Shown here piece by piece: positions 58,401-64,000 of a stretch of 64,000 nt of DNA. The notes below the pieces were generated by a model. The model was not told where the DNA came from and made no database searches. It saw only the letters and a list, made by a program, of their open reading frames with translations. The stretch is from Bacteroidales bacterium. Its GTDB lineage: Bacteria; Bacteroidota; Bacteroidia; Bacteroidales; Muribaculaceae. Position 1 is the first letter of the stretch. Each line of letters opens with the position of its first letter. The stretch is from assembly GCA_004552725.1 (NCBI GenBank), contig SFNM01000001.1, forward strand, positions 7,710 through 71,709, in the 5' to 3' direction. Position numbers and translations under genes: made by a program.

Positions 58401-59391
58401 CGGAGCGGAGCAAATAGCCACCGGCATCGCCACCTCTAACCCGTTAGGAATCATTCAGGGCTCCGTGGGCTTGCTTTCTTCGGCTTTCAGCCTATTCAAC
58501 AGCCGCGACCGCAAGGCAGAAAAATCCATCAAGCGCCACCAAGAAGCAGTGGAGAAGTTAAAGAGCTCTTATGCCGACTTAGAGGATGCAGTCAATCGCG
58601 CGCTCGGCGAAGAGTACTACACCAACCAAACCGCGCTCATTAAGAACCTCCGAGCGCAACAAATCGAAATCGCCGGAATGATGGCCGACGAGCGCAGCAA
58701 GAAGAACCCCGACGACGACCGCATCAAAGAATGGCAAGAACAATATAAAGAGCTCGCCCGCGACATTCAGGACATCATGGACGACATCACCGCCTCAATA
58801 ACGCAGACCACAGCCAAAGAACTCGCCGGCAATTTAGCCGACGCGCTCGTCGATGCATTCGAAGGAGGCAAAGACGCGGCCGAGGCATTCGGCGAAGTGG
58901 CCAACGATGTAATCAAGAACGCGGTTATCAATGCGCTAAAATTGCAATTCCTCGAAAAGCCGCTACAAGACGCAATAAAGCAGCTCCAAAAGGATATGGG
59001 CTTCGCCGACGACGGCTCCGGCTCATTCGATGGGCTGACCGCCGAGGAACAGCAACGGTTCAAGGACGCAGTGGAAGCTGCCGGCGCCAACTTCTCCGCC
59101 GCGATGGAAGTCTATAAAAGCCTGTTTGAACAGCTCGAGGAGAACGACCCCACAACGCTCTCCGGAGCAATCAAAGGAGCCAGCCAAGAGAGCATCGACC
59201 TGCTCGCCGGCCAAACCAACGCCGTGCGGCAAAACCAAGTGGCCACCATGGCGCTCATCCGCGACCAGCTACTCCACCTTTCCAACATCGACAGCAACAC
59301 CGCCGTAATAGCAGGCCGCCTGCAAACCATCATTAACCAACTCAACACCCCGCAAGCCGCCAATTTCCGCTCGCAGGGCTTAACCATTTAA
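55456..59391 (+). CDS. Tail tape measure protein
   Basis: 1311 aa, Ala/Gln-rich helical sequence with hydrophobic segments, in the canonical position. Confidence 0.9.
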   Translation: MNVTSGGLSFDISANNDKLKAIVEQSISELSDLSNAAKTGGKTMEAAQNQLAKTMAARADDISAALSKDRQELAKLQKQMEQAKQLTTIAYNSGADASIIRGYQDRAMAAEKAIAQKKQEIQTHQEAFSVLEQERQNMERITQATNNTAQASGSLRQQLRQVQEQLALLEQTEGVGVRQTAKFKELQAEAGRLADAMGDARTQTQIFSNDNAGLQSIVQGVGGVAGAFSAAQGAAALFGVENEALQKTMVRLQAAMAVTTGLQQVANMLNKDSYFRLILVRKVTDFLTAANSRLAVALGISTAAAAALMATLTLGLSVAITALVSWLSKGSEETKELGKQTEATKKAFKDFYRSTASKSADLVSKYQQLRNEYSKLKTDSERTEWIKANASAFDALQLSVSNVTDADNIFVKNTDKVVKALELRAKALALQTLQTQAYEEYYNRIIAADNSVAGGGYYKSANTNYTPTIPEISQAGLVAGVDYQEIVTRSGNEIYRTAGHLYQSGVDKLNAYRARKATETNAQIRKDAENNLNKTIDYTAKEMEKLQQQLDSLGVLTPGVNNKGGGSDSTTPQSETELYAAEIQKRKSLYQQYMSWMTSGDATLQQAAAQQFAPLLEQGASYLEFLQGQAAELEKLPETAATKQNLELVRNEIAAATAGQAIDQFRAELQADLATCQTLGQQLDIIEQRRQVLADDTTEVGNTKRGILDEQQAATQQAIATETYELIQQYAGYEQQRYEFAQSYARRRELLERAVATATTDQQRAVAQAALDNLNKENEQWQAGTSELYGQLKAKYQTYEQQLADIQARYAAERAEAQANNDTGMLAIINQREQEEISKLAANQLMASESWTQLFGNLSRLSTSTITKLINDIEANIITLSAQLSPTDMQAIMQQLNNAKNEVQKRNPFIALRDSLRALRKDAGTDGAGTGAALKPVFESLAGSIAFVRQSIDSVTNGLKTMGIKMDDETAAILSNLNGVMTGAEQIATGIATSNPLGIIQGSVGLLSSAFSLFNSRDRKAEKSIKRHQEAVEKLKSSYADLEDAVNRALGEEYYTNQTALIKNLRAQQIEIAGMMADERSKKNPDDDRIKEWQEQYKELARDIQDIMDDITASITQTTAKELAGNLADALVDAFEGGKDAAEAFGEVANDVIKNAVINALKLQFLEKPLQDAIKQLQKDMGFADDGSGSFDGLTAEEQQRFKDAVEAAGANFSAAMEVYKSLFEQLEENDPTTLSGAIKGASQESIDLLAGQTNAVRQNQVATMALIRDQLLHLSNIDSNTAVIAGRLQTIINQLNTPQAANFRSQGLTI

Positions 59392-59396
59392 CCGCC

Positions 59397-59906
59397 ATGG
59401 ACTTCAAAGAATTACGTCAACGCTTAGCAGACGAGGCCGCCGCCCAAAAAATATGCAAGGAGTGGCACCGCCGCATCACCCAAGCCACTACACGCGAAGA
59501 GCTACTCCGCCTTTTTATCGACGGCCTCGACTTTGTCAGTGCCAACAGCTACCCCTCGGCAGAGCTCCGCGCCGAATTTGCCGACATCGCGCCGCACTTC
59601 GGGGTGTATATCACCGGCAAGCACACCGCCCCACATACTCGGCGAGTAATCACATGCCTCGATGCCGACGTGGCTGCACTATACTCCGACTTCGACGTGG
59701 CGGAGGTTTATGCTTTCGATAATTCGCAGGTCTCAATTGTCGCCGAGGGCTACGCAAAAATATTTGTAACAGCATACGACAACGCCACCGTTAAAGCGAG
59801 CGCTGACGGGCACGCCAAGGTGACATTTAAAACATTCGGGGCTAAAGTTAGCGCCCATAAATTCAGCGAGCAAGCAGTTTTAAAACTTATAGATGCAGAA
59901 GTATGA
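59397..59906 (+). CDS. Hypothetical tail-region protein
   Basis: ORF between the tape measure and Dit-like genes with short beta repeats (AFDNSQV/AYDNATV). Confidence 0.65.
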   Translation: MDFKELRQRLADEAAAQKICKEWHRRITQATTREELLRLFIDGLDFVSANSYPSAELRAEFADIAPHFGVYITGKHTAPHTRRVITCLDADVAALYSDFDVAEVYAFDNSQVSIVAEGYAKIFVTAYDNATVKASADGHAKVTFKTFGAKVSAHKFSEQAVLKLIDAEV

Positions 59907-61126
59907 TTCCCGACGAAGAACTCATCCTAAATTTGCCGTGCGACGAGCGAGCAAACAGCACCACCGCCTACGACTACTCCCCTGGACGGCATGATGCCGC
60001 AGTGTCCAGTGCTTTATTCACCCCAGGAAGGCAAGGCAACTGCCTCCACTTCGATGGTGCTGGCCAAGCAACCATCGACAGCAACGTCATCGACTTAAAC
60101 GGCGACTTCACGCTGTTAGCATGGATAAAGCCCCACCCATTACGTGACAGCAGCACAAGAACTGCCAAAATCGGATTTTTCGTCATCAACCACATCTCCC
60201 CGACCGAGGATTTAACCGAGTGGCTCGAACTCCCGCTTCAAGTATGGACGCACATCGCACTGGTTAAAGAGACGCAAACCCTCAGCGTTTACATCGACAC
60301 CCAATTCAAAGCCCAAATCCAAATCGGCGGGCTCCTGCGCGGCTTCGCAATCATTCAGGACTACTACACAACGGATTTAGCAATCGCAGACATCGACGAA
60401 GTAAAAATTTATTCCATAGCATTAACCCAAGAACAAATCACCGAATCGCTCAACGATATCAACCAACTGGAATATTACATTAACGGCCAATCACTTCGCG
60501 ACATGGGCGTTATTGTCAAATCTTCCACCGGAGTGCTCGACCGGCCAAAGTTGAAATCAACAAACACCACCGACTGCCCGGACGACCACGGCGAAGTGGT
60601 CGACCTATTCGCCAAACGCTACTCACCGCGAGATATAACGCTCAATTGTTGGATGCGAGCCACAGGCAAAATGGACTTCATCACCCGCGTCAACAACCTG
60701 CTACAGGAGTTCGATGCCGCCGGAACGACACGCCTCACCATAGCGCTGCACCCGACAAAGCCGCTCGTTTATGAAGTATATTTGCCCGAGGGTGTCAGTT
60801 TCGACAAAACGTGGCGCGACAACAAAATGATAGGGTCATTCTCGCTCAAGCTCCGCGAGCCACAGCCGGTGAAGCGTGTGCTCCGCTTTCAGCGCACCTC
60901 CGACGCCACGGCGCAAATTTCAGTAACAATAAAATCGCCGAGCGCGCTCTCGATATTTTGGGGCGACGGCATCGCCGACCACGACCTGGTGACAGACGAC
61001 GGCAGCGCCGCCACATATTCGCACACCTACGCCACCGACGGCATTTATTACCCGATAGTGGCCGGAGTAATTGAAGCAATCGAAGAATTTACAACAAACG
61101 CTATTGTGGTATGGGACAAAATTTAA
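59903..61126 (+). CDS. LamG-domain-containing distal tail (Dit-like) protein
   Basis: LamG motifs (DFTL.AWIK, WTHIA.V, IDEVKIY..AL) followed by a Dit-like region ending FSLKLREPQP. Confidence 0.7.
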   Translation: MIPDEELILNLPCDERANSTTAYDYSPGRHDAAVSSALFTPGRQGNCLHFDGAGQATIDSNVIDLNGDFTLLAWIKPHPLRDSSTRTAKIGFFVINHISPTEDLTEWLELPLQVWTHIALVKETQTLSVYIDTQFKAQIQIGGLLRGFAIIQDYYTTDLAIADIDEVKIYSIALTQEQITESLNDINQLEYYINGQSLRDMGVIVKSSTGVLDRPKLKSTNTTDCPDDHGEVVDLFAKRYSPRDITLNCWMRATGKMDFITRVNNLLQEFDAAGTTRLTIALHPTKPLVYEVYLPEGVSFDKTWRDNKMIGSFSLKLREPQPVKRVLRFQRTSDATAQISVTIKSPSALSIFWGDGIADHDLVTDDGSAATYSHTYATDGIYYPIVAGVIEAIEEFTTNAIVVWDKI

Positions 61127-64000
61127 TACTTTACAACCGAAACGGCTCGCGCAAATTCGCACTCAATTCGCGGGCAAAGTGCTCGGTGGTAACTTCCGCC
61201 AAATTGAAATCCGAGCTCATGAAGGACGACAGCGTGGCCGTTACCATCAACGCAGCCGAACCGCTCGACATCGCCATCGGCGACTTCATCGTTGTATTCG
61301 GCAGAAAATACACAATTAACCAGCTACCGCAGCCAGCCAAGGAAGGCCTCCGGCAATACACATATAACATTCCATTCGAGGGCGCACAATACGACCTATT
61401 AGACGTATATTTCCACCTGCCGGAAGACGCCATCGGTGACAATTATTATTGCAACGCCGCAGACCTCGCCAAAGTATTAGAGTGGAACCTTCAGCGAGTA
61501 TTTAACGACGACTGGCACGTCTACATCGAAGAAGGAGCAGCTGCCCCGGACAAATATGTCAACTTCACCGCATCCGGCAAGAACGCACTCGCCGTGCTTC
61601 AGGAACTTTGCTCGACATTCGGGCTGGAGTTCTCAATCACCGGTGACTGGAACGACAGAAAAGTTATTACCATCACCAAGAGGGTGGGCACATCGCCCGT
61701 GCTTTCACTTCAATTCGGGCGAGGGCGCGGCCTCTACAAATTGAGCCGCACGAACGTGAGCAACGCCGGCATCACTAACCGCCTATATGTTTACGGCGGG
61801 AGCGAGAACCTCGGCCAAAATTATCCCTACAACAAGCTCTGCCTCAAGGGCACCGGCCGCCTCACCTCCTATTTGGAAAATAACGAAAGCGTCAGCGCAT
61901 TCGGCCTGCGCGAAGGCTCAAAAACATACAGCGACATAAAGCCGCAGCGCATCGGCCAAGTTACAGACCTGGGCGAAGATACAATCACATTCGCCGACAC
62001 CACCGGCGACCCCGAAGACCCAACTAACCCGCCGATGTTCGAACTCAACGCCACCGACGAACAGGGCAACACGCTCTATTTAATCAACGGCACCGCGGCC
62101 AAAATCACATTCCAGACCGGCAACCTCGCCGGCTACGAGTTCGACCTCCACAGCTACGACCACCAAACAAAAACATTCATAATTAACCGCATCACCGATG
62201 AAAACGGCTTAGTCATCCCGTCCGACGATTCCGCCGCATTCCAATTTGCCGTGGGCGATAAATACATTATAACCGACATTCAGCTCCCGCAAGAGTACAT
62301 CGACCAAGCTGCCGCCAAGCTATTAGAAGCGGCCTCCGCCGACTTCCCCACCTTAGCGCAGCCACAAGTTAGTTACAAGCTATCGCTCGACCCGGCATTC
62401 ATCACCGCCAAGTGGGGGCGAGAGACCGCCGCGGAAGTTCTTCACCCGGGCGATGGCATCCACATCACCGACGCACAAATCGGAGTGGACAAAGACATCC
62501 GCATCACTTCAATCACCCGCGACCTTCTGGCGGTCAACAGCTACGAGTTAACACTCTCGGATACCACCGAGCAGAGCGTCACGCTCAAAGTTATCAATGA
62601 TATAAATTCAATCAACGAGGCCATCTCCATAAATACCGGCTTCACCAACCCCACCAAGGCGCGCCGCCGATGGATGGCCACGCAGGAGTTGCTCGGGATG
62701 GTATTCGACCCGGAAGGCGACTACTACAGCGAAAAAATAAAACCGCTTTCCATCGAAACGCAGATGCTCAGCGTCGGCGCCAAATCCACCCAGTTCGCGC
62801 TCAACAACGTAACCCTCCAGCCAAATTACAACGGCGACGCTAACACGCTCTATATTTCCGCGGGAACGTTAGTGCATTACGGCATCGACCCGGACGCCAC
62901 AAAAGTGTGGGAAATTCGTGCCGTGACGTATTCAGGCCTAATCGCGGCCGCCCCGTATTATATATATGCCCGATGCGAGCGCAACACCACCCGCGCCGCC
63001 ATCTACCTCTCAAAAGAACCAAAAGGATGCGAGAGCGAAGCCGCATATTACAACTTTTTAGTGGGCGTTCTAAACAGCGTGAGCACCGACAACCACGGAG
63101 GCAACCCGGCGCGCCTCATTTCGCTGACCTACGGCTCCTCAACCATTAATGGGCGCTTCGTTCGCTGCGGCCGTATTGAGAGCAGCGGCGGCGGGGCTAC
63201 CTACTTCGACCTCGACACCGGCACCATCGCCGGCGCGATTCAGTTCATCAGCGGCGATGGCACATATAAGAACGTGTCATCCATAGAAACCGCACTCACC
63301 GAAGCCGAGAAGGCGCTCGCCAACAGCCTCACCGACATCCAAGAACAGGTGGACGGCAAGGTGGAAATCTATTACCAAGCATCCGACCCAGCCACGGCAT
63401 GGACAGACGAAGCCACGCTATTAAAGCACCAAGGAGACCAGTGGCACAATACCACCGATAAAACGCTCTTCCGATTTTGCGCTTTCGAAAAGTGGAATGG
63501 CAACTATTTCACACCGCGCGACGGCGTCGGCATTCAATACGTGGGGAATTACACCTTCTACTGGGCAAGAATCACCGACCAAAGCGCCATCGACGCAGCG
63601 GCAGCAGCGGCAGCAGCGCAGACCACCGCCAACGGCAAAACAACCGTCTACGTGGCCACTCCCGTGCCGCCGTATAACGTTGGTGACCTTTGGCTCAAAG
63701 ATATAGACGCCAACGGCGTAGCGGCCGGCGGTCTTTGGCGATGCGTTACGGCGCGAACAGCCGATGAGGCATTCAGCCCAACAGACTGGTGCGAAGCTAC
63801 CACCTACGACAGCACGCAAACCGTTATCGACGGGGGCATCGTTACCGCCGGCACAATCCAGTTAGCGGGCGCGACTTCCGGCTCAATTGTTGCCGGCATT
63901 ACAGGCGGCAACGGCGCCACGCTCAAAGAAACGGCCTCCACACCGGAATCACAGCGGGTGCGTATATGGGCAGGCGCAAGCGAAAGCGCACGCACCGAAG
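61111..64000 (+). CDS. Large tail tip/hub protein, 5' part (runs off the window end)
   Basis: Frame read from ATG 61111: MGQNLILYNRNG...FEGAQYDLLD...GRGRGLYKL.R...TNRLYVYGGSENL. I saw no stop to the window end. Not in the ORF track. Confidence 0.8.
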   Translation, partial: MGQNLILYNRNGSRKFALNSRAKCSVVTSAKLKSELMKDDSVAVTINAAEPLDIAIGDFIVVFGRKYTINQLPQPAKEGLRQYTYNIPFEGAQYDLLDVYFHLPEDAIGDNYYCNAADLAKVLEWNLQRVFNDDWHVYIEEGAAAPDKYVNFTASGKNALAVLQELCSTFGLEFSITGDWNDRKVITITKRVGTSPVLSLQFGRGRGLYKLSRTNVSNAGITNRLYVYGGSENLGQNYPYNKLCLKGTGRLTSYLENNESVSAFGLREGSKTYSDIKPQRIGQVTDLGEDTITFADTTGDPEDPTNPPMFELNATDEQGNTLYLINGTAAKITFQTGNLAGYEFDLHSYDHQTKTFIINRITDENGLVIPSDDSAAFQFAVGDKYIITDIQLPQEYIDQAAAKLLEAASADFPTLAQPQVSYKLSLDPAFITAKWGRETAAEVLHPGDGIHITDAQIGVDKDIRITSITRDLLAVNSYELTLSDTTEQSVTLKVINDINSINEAISINTGFTNPTKARRRWMATQELLGMVFDPEGDYYSEKIKPLSIETQMLSVGAKSTQFALNNVTLQPNYNGDANTLYISAGTLVHYGIDPDATKVWEIRAVTYSGLIAAAPYYIYARCERNTTRAAIYLSKEPKGCESEAAYYNFLVGVLNSVSTDNHGGNPARLISLTYGSSTINGRFVRCGRIESSGGGATYFDLDTGTIAGAIQFISGDGTYKNVSSIETALTEAEKALANSLTDIQEQVDGKVEIYYQASDPATAWTDEATLLKHQGDQWHNTTDKTLFRFCAFEKWNGNYFTPRDGVGIQYVGNYTFYWARITDQSAIDAAAAAAAAQTTANGKTTVYVATPVPPYNVGDLWLKDIDANGVAAGGLWRCVTARTADEAFSPTDWCEATTYDSTQTVIDGGIVTAGTIQLAGATSGSIVAGITGGNGATLKETASTPESQRVRIWAGASESARTE

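Larger units (their letters stand above)
26798..64000. mobile_element. Temperate siphovirus-like prophage (continues past the window end)
   Basis: Integrase, repressors, excisionase-like protein, replication genes, terminase, portal, capsid, tail tube and tape measure genes in canonical order. Confidence 0.95.

Noticed and set aside
59903..64000. Diversity-generating retroelement or invertible tail locus
   Set aside because: No reverse transcriptase, invertase or template/variable repeat pair is visible within the window.

Overview
The window is Bacteroidales DNA (TAnnTTTG -7 promoter boxes, a T9SS-type C-terminal tail, Bacteroidetes-like gene order). Bases 1-25.9 kb are host chromosome: purH (partial), rsmI, dacB, gdhA, a PBP1A, an orphan primase-helicase, a heavy-metal RND efflux operon, adk, hpt, two rhomboids and a GH13 amylase, followed by a HigBA-type toxin-antitoxin pair. 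From about 26.8 kb to the window end lies a siphovirus-like prophage, apparently integrated at tmRNA. It has an integrase, two copies of a repressor/promoter switch, recombination and replication genes with an iteron origin, a ParB-ParB-Mom-like DNA modification cluster, and packaging, head and tail genes. The strongest candidates for undescribed systems are two non-coding elements. One is a 298-nt tRNA-shaped RNA (37152-37449) whose anticodon loop is replaced by a 220-nt array of hairpins, mostly GNRA-capped, with AU-rich linkers. The other is a ~70-nt RNA with its own promoter and terminator, lying antisense to the end of a MuF-nuclease toxin fusion that has no immunity ORF. All protein assignments come from motif recognition by eye, with no database searches.
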